64,000 nt of DNA from Lama glama (Eukaryota): contig CM052817.1 of the NCBI GenBank assembly GCA_028534125.1, positions 102,054,001-102,118,000 on the forward strand. Direction: 5' to 3'. Below are positions 12,860-26,049 of the stretch, piece after piece (position 1 is the stretch's first letter; every line of letters begins with the position of its first letter). The translations under genes were made by a program, and so were the position numbers. The notes below the pieces were generated by a model, which saw nothing but the letters and a program-made list of their open reading frames with translations, was not told the DNA's origin and did no database searches.

Positions 12860-13560
12860 GATGGCACTCTGAAAGTAACTGAGGTATAAAATCAAGGATG
12901 TGTGGCCAAAATGTGAAATTTGACTTATGAGTCCCATGCCAGAAGATGAAGATTACAAATGTAATCTCAGTAAAAACAAAAAAATCCAGAAAGAATCCAA
13001 GAATGTTTAATTATTACACGACACCTCTACTCTAGACAAGCTGATATTAGGTTTAATTAGTAAAGGATGGACTATCAAACTCTTAAAATGACCCATGAGG
13101 CAACATGAGTTCTCCAAAGAAGTATTTCAAAAATATGTTATAAGTAAATTACTGATGTCCTTCAAAAACTAAAAATGCATAAGCATAAACAATTAGTTGA
13201 TAAAGTCTACTGAGAACTTCAAAAGGCTTTTGACAAAGTTTCACATAAGCTATTTTCAAAATCTGGTCATGTTTGTAGTGAAGAGTCTATGTTATCTTAT
13301 AAAGGGTTTGGAGATAAGAAACAAAGATATAGATAAATGATCTCTTCTCTGAATAGAAACAGGTAAATAAGAATTCTATAAGGATTTCATGAATTAATAC
13401 CTTGGAAGAGAGACAATAAAGGAAAATATTCATATTTGGGGAAGATATTAAGCTATTTGGGGTAGTTGAAATAAGAATAGACTTCAGAAAGGTCTGCTTT
13501 ATCTTTGATAATAAACAGAAAAATTGTCAATGGTGAAAAGTATAAGGCATTGTATCCCTA
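12860..13560 (+). mobile_element. Ancient CR1/L3-clade LINE, reverse transcriptase remnant
   Basis: 13196-13246 translates VDKVY*ELQKAFDKVSH (CR1 consensus-like VD..YLDFQKAFDKVPH). 13435-13467 translates FGEDIKLFGVV (cf. FADDTKL). Confidence 0.7.
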
Positions 13561-15080
13561 TATTAAAAGAATCCAAGCCAGAGCAATGGGATTCTAGGCG
13601 CTGGTAATGGAGGAATAGCTCTTACTGGGTCAAATATCCTTCAAATAACAACTATGAGCTCAGGAGAAAATATAACAACTACCTGAAGGCACTGGAGAGC
13701 AAACAGAATCAGGCAGAAACTGGAGAGCAGTCTACTCTTGGAAGGAAGACATGGCATGGGATAAATTTCTCATTTTCTCTCAACTTGTTTACCGGAGAGC
13801 AGATCCCAATTTATGCCAGATGGGGAGGCTAAAACTTGACCAGAAAATCCAGTTCTACAGGCTTAAATAACCAAAGGACAAGTTTCAGGGGGACCACAGG
13901 TGCTAAAAATTGAAGAGGAAATCTCAGAAAGGAGAGAGCCATGGAGGAGACAACCTATATTCTGCATATAATTGTGCTTAAATCCCTGGCTGATCCCTGA
14001 ACTACACATGTGTAGGGAAGGCTTCAAGCAGCCCAACCACTGCTAGAAGAAATAAATTAGATTTCTAATGCTTCACACAACACACAAAAAAAGTTTATAG
14101 ATTGAGTAAAATCAAGAAAATTGCCTGATAAAACAAAGTTAATATTCTAAAGAGGGACATAAAAGAAACCAAAACCTGTACACTATATCATTCACAATAT
14201 CTGAGATATGATCCAAAATTACTAGACACGTGAAGAAATAAGAACACTTGACCAATGCTCAAATAAAAGACAATCAATGGAGACAAACCCAAAGATGACC
14301 CAGATGTTGAAATTACCAAGATTTTAAAGCATATTTTTAACTATACTCAACACTATAAAGAAATATATGCTCAAATGAGTGACTAGCTATAGAATGCCAG
14401 AGAGAAATAGAAATTGTTGAAAATAATTAAATTGAAATCCCAGAACTGAAACATTAATATCTAGAATAAAAAAATCCACAGGGTAGGCTTAAGAAAAGAT
14501 TGGAGATGACAGAAGAAAATGCTAGTAAACTTAGTTTCATATAAACTAGACAATCTGAGGAATTGTATGCTATCTGTTAAGAAACCCACTTAAAGTATAA
14601 AGGCACAAATAGTTTAAAAGTTAAAAGACAGAAAAAGGCTATAAAATGCAAAGCTAATTATAGAAAACTTAAGTGGTTATGTTAATATCTAACTTTACTT
14701 CAGAGCAAGGAATATTATCAAGGATAAAGATCATAATGATTAATGAGTAATTTCATCAAGATGACAAATTCTCAATGTGTATGCACATAATAACAAAAAT
14801 TTAAAATGCATGAGGCAAAAATTGATAGGGGAAATAGACAAGTCTACATTTATACAGAGATCTGCAAAATGCACGATTTTTTCAAGTGCTCATGAAACAC
14901 TAAAATAGACCATATTCTGAGATTAAAAAACAAGACAAAACAACCCTCAATAACTTCTTAAAAACTAAAATCATAAAAAATATGGTTGCCCCCATGAATT
15001 TAAACTAGATATCAGTACTAGGAAGATCAGGAAGGTATCTGACAATGAAAATCAAAGAGCGCACTTCTAAATAACCCCTG

Positions 15081-15706
15081 GGCTATGGTTTGAATGTTTG
15101 TGTCCCTCCAAAATCCATGTGTTGAAAACCTAATGCCCCTAGGTGATGGTATGAGGAAGTGAAGCCTTGGGGAGGTGATTAGGTCATGAAGGCAGAGCCC
15201 TCATAAATGGGATTAGTGCCCTTATAAAGGAGGCCTCAGAGAGCTCCACTCCCTCTAGCCCTTTCAACCATGTGAGGACACAACAAGAAGTTGATAGTGT
15301 GTAACCTGGAAGGAAGGGGGTCTTCATTGGGACCAACTATGCTGGCAACCTGATCTTAGTCTTCCAGCCTCCAGAACTGTTAGAAATAAATTGCTAGGGG
15401 AGGGATAAATTAAGAGTTTGGGATTAACAGATACACACTACTGTATATAAAATAGATAAACAACAAGGACCTACTGTATAGCACAGGGAACTATGTTTAA
15501 TATCTTAACCTATAATGGAAAAGAATCTGAAAAACAATATATATGTATAACTGAATCACTTTACTGTACACCTAAAACTAACACAATACTGTAAATCAAC
15601 TCTACTTCAATTAAAAAAAGAAAAAAGAAAAAAAAAAGAAGTTGCTATTGTTTTATAAGTCACTTAGTTTGGAACATTTTGTTGTAGCCACCTACGCAGA
15701 CTAAGA
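15081..15706 (+). mobile_element. MaLR LTR (MLT1A-like), split by an L1 tail
   Basis: gctatggtttgaatgtttgtgtccctccaaa...agccctcataaatgggattagtgcccttataaa...cttccagcctccagaactgt, resuming at ~15647 and ending gactaaga. Confidence 0.85.
15397..15637 (+). mobile_element. 5'-truncated artiodactyl-type L1 3' end with poly(A)
   Basis: gggagggataaattaagagtttgggattaacagatacacactact...gcacagggaactat...gtataactgaatcactt, then an A tail. Degenerate TSD agaaataaattgcta / aaaaagaagttgcta. Confidence 0.8.
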
Positions 15707-16001
15707 GTTAAAGAAAAAATTGGAAAGGAAATTACAAAGTAATGCAAATTTTATGAAAAAGAAAATGTAACACATAAAATTAATGAGATGCAGCTAAATT
15801 AAGTGCCAAGAGAGAAATATACAGCATTGAAAGCTTACATTATAAAAAAGAACCATCTTAAACTAATAACGTTAGAAAAGTTAACCCCAGAGTAAAAAAA
15901 CATGAAGGCAATTATAAAGATAAGAGCAGAAAACAATGAAATAAAAAACAGAAGACATATTTTAAAAAATCAATGAGACAAAAATCTACGAAGCTCTGGC
16001 C

Positions 16002-16223
16002 CAGCAGATCTTAACCAAAGGTGATTCTGCCCACCCCAGAGGACATTTGTCAATGTCTGGAGACATTTTTGATTGACACAAATTGAGAGGATGTAATTGC
16101 TACAGGCATTTAGTGGGTAAAGGCTAAATTATGCTGCTAATACCCTCTATGCACAGGACAACTCCCCACCACAAAGAATTATTTGGCCCAAAATGTCAAT
16201 AGTGCCAACTTTGAGAAATTCTG
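16002..16223 (+). mobile_element. MER20 (hAT-Charlie)
   Basis: ggacatttgtcaatgtctggagacatttttg...gcacaggaca...aaagaattatttggcccaaaatgtcaatagtgcc...tgagaaattctg. 8-bp flanks ctctggcc / ctctatcc. Confidence 0.88.
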
Positions 16224-16802
16224 CTCTATCCACACAGTTCAAGGAAAAAGAGAGAGAGAGAGAGAGAGAGAGGAAAGAAAATGACTAATATCAAGAATGA
16301 GAGCGAAGATATCACTTCAAATTCCACAGACATTAAAAGGATAATAAGTAAATATTATTAACAGTTTTAAACCAAGTCAATTTGACAACTTATGTAAAAT
16401 GGACAAACTCCTTGAAAGAAGCAGCAAACTACTAAGGCTCATTTAAGAGAAACAGACATGCTTTACTAGTCCTATGGGATGAAAGGAATCAAATTCATAC
16501 CTTAAAACCTTGACATAGAAAAACTCCCGCATCACTAAACTGGGGAATTCCTTCAAATATATCAGGAGAAAATCAAGCCTGATCCATGTGAAATTTTGAG
16601 ATATAAAGGAAGAAACGTTTTATGATATCATTGCTGTGATACTAAAACCAGATGTACACATTAAAAGAAAACTAATATCTTTCATGAATATAGACTCAAA
16701 ATTCTTAAGAAAACGTAGCACTAAATCTAGCTATGTATCTAAAAAGGTAATATATCATGATCAAGTGGGGTTCATCCTAGGAATGCAATGTTGGTTTAAC
16801 AT

Positions 16803-17302
16803 NNNNNNNNNNNNNNNNNNNNNNNNNNNNNNNNNNNNNNNNNNNNNNNNNNNNNNNNNNNNNNNNNNNNNNNNNNNNNNNNNNNNNNNNNNNNNNNNNN
16901 NNNNNNNNNNNNNNNNNNNNNNNNNNNNNNNNNNNNNNNNNNNNNNNNNNNNNNNNNNNNNNNNNNNNNNNNNNNNNNNNNNNNNNNNNNNNNNNNNNNN
17001 NNNNNNNNNNNNNNNNNNNNNNNNNNNNNNNNNNNNNNNNNNNNNNNNNNNNNNNNNNNNNNNNNNNNNNNNNNNNNNNNNNNNNNNNNNNNNNNNNNNN
17101 NNNNNNNNNNNNNNNNNNNNNNNNNNNNNNNNNNNNNNNNNNNNNNNNNNNNNNNNNNNNNNNNNNNNNNNNNNNNNNNNNNNNNNNNNNNNNNNNNNNN
17201 NNNNNNNNNNNNNNNNNNNNNNNNNNNNNNNNNNNNNNNNNNNNNNNNNNNNNNNNNNNNNNNNNNNNNNNNNNNNNNNNNNNNNNNNNNNNNNNNNNNN
17301 NN
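16803..17302. other. Assembly gap (500 N)
   Basis: Run of exactly 500 N. Confidence 1.
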
Positions 17303-18739
17303 AACATCTTCTCGGGGCCCCTTTTTCCTGAATCAAAAGCACAGTGATCCAAACTGCTAGGAAGTGACAGCACTTTTGAGGAAAAGCTATAAAATGGTGG
17401 TGAACAGGGTCAGGCCCAACAGCCAGCTAGAATTTAGGAGAAATCTGAGGACAAGGCCTCGATATGGTCATTGGAGCCGGGGTACAATATGAGGTGTGAC
17501 CAAGGGGAAGCCAGACAAGAGCCAGTTACAGAAAATGGGTACAAATCCCAGAGCACTGGTGTTCCCAGCCCCCCAGGCTAGAATGATGCAGGGGCTGGAG
17601 ACGGGAAACCACAGCACAGGGCTCTCTCCTCGATGCGCCTGGCACCCAATCAGGTCACTCAATTCTCTGAGGTGGTCTCAAGGGGCTTGTGAGTTTCCAA
17701 AGCATCCTGAAGCTCTTTTGTAGAGATTCCTGCATGTCCAGCAGCTTTTTTTTTTTTTTTTTTTTTTTTGGTTTCAATTGCTTCTACTTTATGCTGGGTA
17801 TATTGTCCTGAAACAATGAAACAGAACAGATAACAGTATTTAATTGTGAAAACACTCAATGGCTGACATTAGAATGTTGCTCATCCTTATTTGTCCGTCC
17901 ATGTGGTGTAATCTGAAAGAAGTAACTTACACCCATCACTTAACTATCCCCTCCTCAAACACTGCTGCTCTCGTGGGGTACTATGCTCCATTAGTCCAAG
18001 GGAGTATTTGGAAAGGAAGACACAGACAAGGGGTTTCATAAACATCACATAGCAGGTCTCTTCTCTAGGATTCCTAGCTGTTTCTAAGGACAATTTTATT
18101 TATTTAGTCTCATAGCATTCTCTGCTTTTCCTCTCAGAAAAGGAAGATATTTAATAGTAATATTTCTGAGATGGAAAAAGCTGGGAGAGCAAATACTTGC
18201 CTTTGAAAAAATCCAAACGCAACCATTTAGAAAAACTGTGTCTCTTTCTAAATTTCGTTACTTTTCTATAGCCTAATGCCAATGGTGAATACTTGAAACT
18301 CTTTAAAGTGGTGTTATAATCTGTTGATGAGGTTCAAATGGTGGCAAAATTAGTTTTTGATTGTGTTTCAAACAATAAATATTTCCGTGAGGTATTTGCA
18401 GCCCTATAAAAACTTTCATTGCATCTCTTCTTGAAGGTCTGTAATTCCTGGTTAACACTGATTACATACAAGGAAATGCTCTCCCAAGACATCCGGCCTT
18501 GGATCAGTAAAAATTTCTATTCATTATTATCTTTGTTCCTAATGGATAATGACTTGAGAATATTAACTAACAGTCTATTAAATGAATAACATGTGACTCC
18601 ATAAATTGTCTTAAATTAACTCATTATCCTAATTGTCCCTTTGCAATGAACAGTGATAATAATAGTCATTATTATCAGTATGGACTTTTAAAATGATCTG
18701 AAACTAATGTGTTATTATGTCAGTTATATCTCAATAAAA

Positions 18740-19570
18740 ATAGAGAAGATGGATAAATTCAGGTAAATTAAAATAATAACTTCTGCTCAGCAAGACACAA
18801 AAAGAAAGTAAAAAGGCAAAACACAACCTTGAAGAACATATATTCAATCCACATAACTCACAAAAATGTCATATGCAGGGTTAAAAAGGAACTCTTACAA
18901 ACTAATAAAAAAAATCATCTTCCAGAAATGGGTAAAATGCATGAATGCGCATAGGATAATAAACATACTGGCCAAAAAACATGCAAAGATGCTCAGACAT
19001 ATTAGCAATCCAAAAAATGCAAATTAAGACAATCAATTAGATATCATTTTACTCTTACTAGATTGGCAACTTTAAGGTGTCTGAAAATACCAAGTGTTGG
19101 TGAAAGTATAAATTGATACAACCATTTTAGAAGACAATGTAGCATTATCTCATAAAGCTTCAGTCCAATGCCCTCTAACCTAGCAATTCCACTCCTGAAT
19201 AGAAGCCCTCAAGAAATTCTTAACATGTGTCCCGGAAAATATGTGCAAGAATAATCATGTCATCGTTTACAACAGCAAACAGCTGGAGATAATCCAAATG
19301 GCAACACGAGTGTTGATAGCTTCACACATACCAATAAAAAGATGAACTAATGCTGCGTGAATGACACAGCTTGAAGGAATTTTAGAACATAATCTGGAAT
19401 TAGTAAAGCAAGTTGCAGAAATGGAAAGCAGTCTAATGCTATTTTTATAAAGCTCAGAGATAAGCAAAGCTAAGCAAATATTTATGTATGTCTATATACA
19501 TATACATGAAAATATATTTTATTAAGTCAGAGAGTGCTTAAAACAAATTTCAGGATAGTGTTTGGCTCTG
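18740..19570 (+). mobile_element. Old L1 (L1ME-like) 3' ORF2/UTR fragment
   Basis: aaagatgctca...aatgcaaattaagacaat...aataccaagtgttggtg...cctagcaattccactcctg. Confidence 0.75.
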
Positions 19571-22419
19571 AAAAGACAGGATAAGAGAGTCCCACATAGT
19601 AAATTCAACAATCTAGGTCTTAATCAGAGTAAGAAAAACTGATCTTTCATTTCCAGTGAAAATAAATTGTTGACGTCATTGCTATGGTCTGAATGTTTGT
19701 GTCCTCACCAGTTTCATCTGTTGAAAACCTAATGTGCCAGGAAAGGTGGTCTCAGGAGGGGAAAGAGTGGAGGCTCTGGACTGATGGGAAGGAAGTGCTG
19801 GAGTGCCTGGGGATGGAGACTGGCCAAGGTGGGTAGAAAGATAAGACATATTTTATGGCTTTGCTTGGCCACATAAGACTTGAAGCAGTGAAGATTAATA
19901 TGTAAATTAGTATTTATATAACGCCAGCAGGAAAGTAGGCTATGGTACTGGGTACAAGTGACAATTTCTCATTCTATTACTGTCCAAAGGTCTTGTCTTG
20001 GAAGAAGGTGAGATTGGCTACAAGCTATAACCTGCCTTCTCTCCGGGGACTTTCTGTGGTCTTAACCTTGACTAAAGGGAGCCTTTCCTGTGTCCTGTTA
20101 GGTACTAGCACTCCAGAAGGCCAGTCTTCTCTGAATTCTGATGGATTGATCCATGTCTCAATTAAGGAGATATGACAACAGTTTAGAGAACGGGGGACCC
20201 TCAAGGAGTTAAGTAAATGAACTTACATGAACTTACATAATTAACTTACATGACTGGCTTGTCAAATAGCATCACATCAGCCTCACAGGGTGCAGAGGTG
20301 AGCAATCTTTCCTCCTAGACTCCTCCTTCTTTCCACCACCCTGGGCAACTTGACACTTAACTAGTATTATCCAGCTTTCCTCTCGACACTCACTTCCTGT
20401 GAGTGCAGAAAGTTCTGCTGCTTATCTTTTGTTTTCCTTTCTTTTCATCTCAAAACAATCTACTTAATTCTTAGAAAAGAGCTTCTAAGGAGGCAGGGTG
20501 TTAGGGCTGATGTGAGGTGATGTGGAGCGAGGACTGGAGAGGAAATCAATCAGCAGAGCTGCGTGTGAAAGTGGACACAAAGCACGTATCCAGATTTTTG
20601 GCTCACACTTTTGTACATCTTGCTTACAGGAATCATTTTGAAAAGCAAAAGAAATGGAGAGCTAAGACATATTATTTCATCTGTAGGGTACTACCTCAAG
20701 CCACACTGGGACTGACATCATCTGGGCCTCCAGAGAGAAAAATCTACAAAAAAAATGAATTTTTGTGGTCTTGTTTAATGTCTGAAGTCATAAAAATGAA
20801 TATCACCACCTCTGATTGAAGCAGAAATTCCAAGAGTCAGCTTCTCTCTGCCTTCTCCCAAAGCCACACCTGTGTGATAAATCACTGTCAGCCCCACGGG
20901 TCCACCAATAACATTGATATCAAGAACAGTGAAGATGTGATTTCAGGCAAATGTGTCCAAAGAGACATTCCAGTGATAGACACAGGAATCGTTATTACAC
21001 AGACCTAGAGGGACTGCAGGCATTTGTTTGTAGATGGAACCTTCAAGTTGTCTCTGCACGTAGACTGGCCTTCTGAACTGGGATGGGCTTTTTCCTTACC
21101 CGTCCCAGCACATCCTTTAGTGCGTGCTTATGTTTCTGGAATCACCACGGGCACACTGGGAACCCACTGCCTGCCAGACGCTGATTGTGGGCTTGTAAAG
21201 ATTCATCCGCTAAGGAAACTGGGTCTTGCTTGGCCAAAGTGAATATCATACCCTTTCTTTCCACCCACCTCTCCCTGAAGGAAACCTCATGCTCAAAAGA
21301 GCCAGTAACCCCTAAGCATCCCTTTTCCTTTAAAGGAAAGGGACATGGAATTGCACAAATGTGACACTTCCCTATTTCCAGGATGGTTATATCACCCTTG
21401 TAAAACTGTTTTCAGCATACAAAGCACTGTCGTATGCATTTTCATATTTTTCAGCTTCCTTACATTATTGTGGAGGGAAGATGCAGGCGACAGCTGTGCT
21501 AGGATGGAACAGCTGTACGTATAAAGCTATGCCAAGGAGCAAGGCACCCACGCCAGCCTCTTCATTAATTGAGGCAACAGAGTTTGGGGAGAAGTATCAG
21601 ATTAGCAGCATGCAGCTAAGAGAACAAATTCTTGATTACAGTTAAAATTCCCAGAAGGCTCAGGTTTTTCCTGGGAGAATGATGCCAACTAAATAATGGG
21701 ATAAACTTTCTACTGCTACCCATACCACACAAATCTCCCAAATCTGTATTCCTTTGGAGACATACCTTCTCTTATTCATTTTACATAGGGCAAGTAAAAA
21801 TGCAGACATGATTGGGAAATCAAGGACTCAGCTTCCAACAAACGCAATTAAGGCCACAAACAAAACTACACCTAATTACGAAGCTGGACTGTGACTTGAT
21901 CATTCCCTGGGTGCTTTCTATGGGGTCACTTACCAATCAGAAAATGCCACATCACATTCATCACAGAAACAAGGGGCTCTTTTACTCCATATTTAAATGT
22001 GAACTTGAAAAACCCTGGGTGCTCTCGGGTTCTGTGGTTCACCCCAATAATGGCGTGCAGTTACATGATTGCCTTCACTCTCCTGGCATTCTTTGTAATG
22101 TGAAAGGAAAGAAGAATCACTGGCAGAAGATGCTGATTAAAGCACACTTCCTGAAAAATTTTCCGCAGCACTTGAATGCTCAGATTCACTGCCACACTAT
22201 TTTGGGGGAAAGTACTCTCCTTTAGAAGACAATTCACTTTCCCGAAGTTAGAAGTGTGAACCTGGATGAAATCAAGGTTTTCCAGAAAAATCCTCTTCTG
22301 TGACACTGATATTTGTAATCAGTACTATATATTTTTAACTTAAAAATCTTCCTGACATCTCAGGTGTATGAATGTATTTTGCCAGATTTGCTTCAGAGTT
22401 TTTAAAATAATCTAATATC

Positions 22420-24210
22420 GTAAATCCATTTGACAGCCCGTGCCCCTCTCTTTCCAGTGGTAAGCACCACTGTGAATCTGTCTTTTTTCCTAGGTATGTA
22501 TTTATATTAATCTACATATATCCTACATACGTATTTATCAATAAAGAATTTATATAGCATTGTTTTGCATATTTTAAACTTTCTGTAAATAGTATCAGAT
22601 GCTATAAATTACTCTGTAATATAATATCTTAAAGACTTATTGATAAAAATAGCTCCAGCTCATTCAGTTTAGCTGCTGGATAATATTATGAATATACTAG
22701 AGATATTTACCAATACTTATTTTGAAGGGAAATTATATTGTTTCCAATTTTTGCTTTTAGAAACCATACTACAGTAAGCATGCACAGTTATGTCTCCTTA
22801 TATGCATGAGGGAGATTGTCTCTAGGGTATAAACCTAGAAATATAATTCACTAGGTTGTCAGAAAGATTACCTTCAACTTGACTACTGCCAAATTGCTCT
22901 CCACGATGGCTATAACAACTAACAGTTTGTAAAAACTATGAAATTCCCGCAAACATCATATGATCTGTAATCTTGCCAACATTTAGTACTGTCATATTTT
23001 TATATTTTTGCCAGTCAGGTAAGTATGTAATAGTGTATCTCATTGAGCATATATATGCTTATTGGCCATACAAGCTTCCTCTGTAACTTTCTGTCCAGTT
23101 TTTTTTTTCTATTAAGCATTCACTTTCTTACTAATTTTGTAAGGTATGGATAGTAAGCCTTTTTTCATGATGTATTTTGCAAATGCCTTGTTCTGGTTAT
23201 GAATTCTTTTACAACTTTGGGCATTTGGTATCTTTGTTTCACTATTCATTCTTCATTTTAAAGGAATTCTATTTGTCAGTCTTTTCTTTTGTGTTTGTAT
23301 GTTTTGTATCTTGTTTAATGAAGTCTTTTTTACTCTAAGGTCACAGAGATATTCTCCTATATTTTCTTCTCCAAGTTTAAAAGTTTGAATTTTCACTTCA
23401 ATTTTGTATTATGTGAAAAAGAGATCCAATTTCATTTTCTTTTTTTTTAATGAATTAGTTCAGCACCATTTATTAAATTATTCACCCTTTCCTTATTTAG
23501 CAAGCCATCTTCATGTGACATTTCCATACATATGTTTATTTCTAGGCCTCTCTAAGCTATTTCATCTCTTTATAACTGGTGGGAAAAAAGTGACTCCTCC
23601 ATCCCCACCCTTTCTTTTTCTTCGATGTTATCTGTTATTCTTGGGTCTTTCCTCTTCTATATGAATTTTTAAATAGCATTGTCCAATTCTACAAAAATGT
23701 ACATTGGCTTTTTGAACAGCATTGAGTTCATAGTTGAATTCATAGATAATTACTATCTTCAAATTATTGAGTATCTCCTTCCACTGTATACCTTCATTTA
23801 ATTGGGTCTTTTATTTTCTGCAATAATTTTAATTCTCCAAAAGTTCTTCAATGTGTTGTTAGATTTATTCTTCAAAACTTTATGGTCCTCATTGTTACTG
23901 TGAATGAGTTTTTCTTCTCTTACATATTCCAATTGATTATTGATGGTATGTACGGATGTTAATGACATCTGAGGCTGATCTTGTATTCACAACTTTCTGA
24001 ATTCTCTGTTCGTTCTCAGAATCCCTGTGGAATCTCAGTATAGGGAACGATATTGTCTGCAGATAAAGACTGTTTTGTCTCTTGCTTTCAAATGTGTACC
24101 TCTTATTTCTTTTTCCTGGTACTACTGCATTATATACAAGGACAAGTACAATTTAAATAGCAATGTAAGAGATCTTTCTATCATTCTTGATGTCAATGAG
24201 AATGCTGATT
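22420..24210 (-). mobile_element. Old L1 (L1ME-like) 3' part
   Basis: Antisense L1 motifs tactgccaaattgctctcca, ttattggccat, atattctcctatattttcttct and cagcaccatttattaaa. Confidence 0.75.
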
Positions 24211-25098
24211 CCAAAACCAGGTCTTATAATGACTTCCAAAGGCTAAAGTCTCTGAGTAATATTGGGATATTGTAGAATAATAGTAAGTGGTGGGCAAATG
24301 GGTTGAGTTTGCCTTCATAACATTGAATATTTACCCTTCAGATTTTCAAGTTCTCCAGCTTACTAACAGCCAAAGTCCCAGGTGGTCAAAAACCTATCTT
24401 TGTCCATCCTTTTCGATGGGAGGAAGCTCAGAAGCTCAGTCATCCCTGATTTGAAGCATTTAGCCTAGTTATAGTTCTCATCTTATGTAAGACCTTTTTA
24501 GCACCTTCCCGTACATCCATGTCTAGCAATGCCTGCTTCCTGGAGTAGAGCAAACCCAAACTTCGTCCATGCACACTGCATTGAGTTTATATTCTACACT
24601 TGATTTTTTTTCCTCTGGCATATACACTCTGAAATGGAATTAAACAGCTTGTAGGATAAAATATATTCATCTTTACTAGAGATTGCCATGGAGATGATTA
24701 TCTTGTTTTTGAAACTATGTCATTTTTATTTTTATTTTTGCTTCACACATTTTATCTCTTGCTACTTGTTTGCAGTGGAGACTGAAGCGATACGCAAATT
24801 TTCAGACCCATTTAGGCAAAAATATTATTGGTTCTATTTTTAAAATAATTTTTATGCAAGAAAAGGTGGGAATCAGAAACATTATACTTACTATGTGTCT
24901 GTAGAACAATCCCTAAGTTATCCATCTCCTGTGACTACAGACCCCAACACAAAGCAAACCACCCGTGTAGTTGCCATAGGGCTCATTTGCTGAACAAGAT
25001 CACACCTCTTAAAGAATTTTTTAAATGGAGTTAATAGAGGTTTATGATTGTTTAAAAACCAGACATTATTTAGGAATTTTCCAAGCATGAAGCAATAT

Positions 25099-25325
25099 AG
25101 CAAAGGAGTTAAGAGAAGAGCTTCTAGTAACACCACCGAGTTGGATTCCAGGCTCTACCAATTATATTAGGTCTTTAAGTCATGGTTTCCTTATTGGTAA
25201 AAAGGGATCATATTAGTATCTACCTTAAAGGGTTATTTTGAAGAGTAAACAAAATATAGTATACGTAAAACATTTAGCGCAATATTTGGCACATAATGAA
25301 CATTCAATAAAATTTAGTTATTATT
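25099..25325 (+). mobile_element. MIR SINE
   Basis: gttaagag...ttggattccaggctctacc...gtttccttattggtaaaaaggg...tggcacataatgaacattcaataaa...ttattatt. Confidence 0.8.
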
Positions 25326-26049
25326 TAAGTTCACAAAGGTTAATACATTTCCCTTTTATATGACCCATAATCTGACAATAATCTGAAGACTTTTATTTTC
25401 ATCACTTCCAATTTGTCTGTTTTATAACATTAAGCACCTATGCTTTCATGGAACATGAAAGTAACATGTAGTAGAGAGATTTCCCAGAGTTTTTAGATAA
25501 GAAATAGGAACTATCATTTTAAATAAATTAAATCAGAAAAAGAAAAAGCAAAACTTTATAAAATAATCAAAGTTTAGTAAGTTTTGTCTCATTGTTGACA
25601 ATTACTTTAATATTCTAGTAATAGGCAAATTATTTCCATTACATTAGCTGAAGAGAAGAATGAATGATTGCTTAGAAATGACAGATAAAAAGAAATAAGG
25701 TGACTAAAAATGAAAAATTAAAATCCAAGTTTAAAGACCAAAGATTCGGTTCTAACATCATAACATTTTAACCTGCTTAGAATACAAGCAAACTCTGCTT
25801 TGTGAAACAGCACTTAAAACTGGTAAATTCATGATTTAGCTAATAAGACACATTTATAAATTTAGTTCTGTAAGTGAACATGCAATGTGAGAAATAGCAC
25901 CCAATTTATGGTGTTATGGTGATAGACATCTGTGCATTTCGGGAATTGGTCTTTTTCCACTAGGTGTTTACCAGTCACATGGTCCCACCTCTCCTAACAC
26001 AACATTGAACATGGGACCAGAGAACCCAACCTCTTGAATATTGCCATTG

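Larger units (their letters stand above)
13590..16802 (+). mobile_element. Old L1 (5' region through ORF2), interrupted by younger insertions and running into the gap
   Basis: A-rich sense L1. ORF 16636 contains ISFMNIDSK...YHDQVGFILGMQCWFN, matching the L1 ORF2 RT motif HHDQVGFIPGMQGWFN. Confidence 0.85.

Noticed and set aside
16636..17373. Long ORFs of 193-231 aa (also 49436-50167 and 49498-50073)
   Set aside because: Artefacts of translating through N runs; the real residues are L1 ORF2 fragments or noise.
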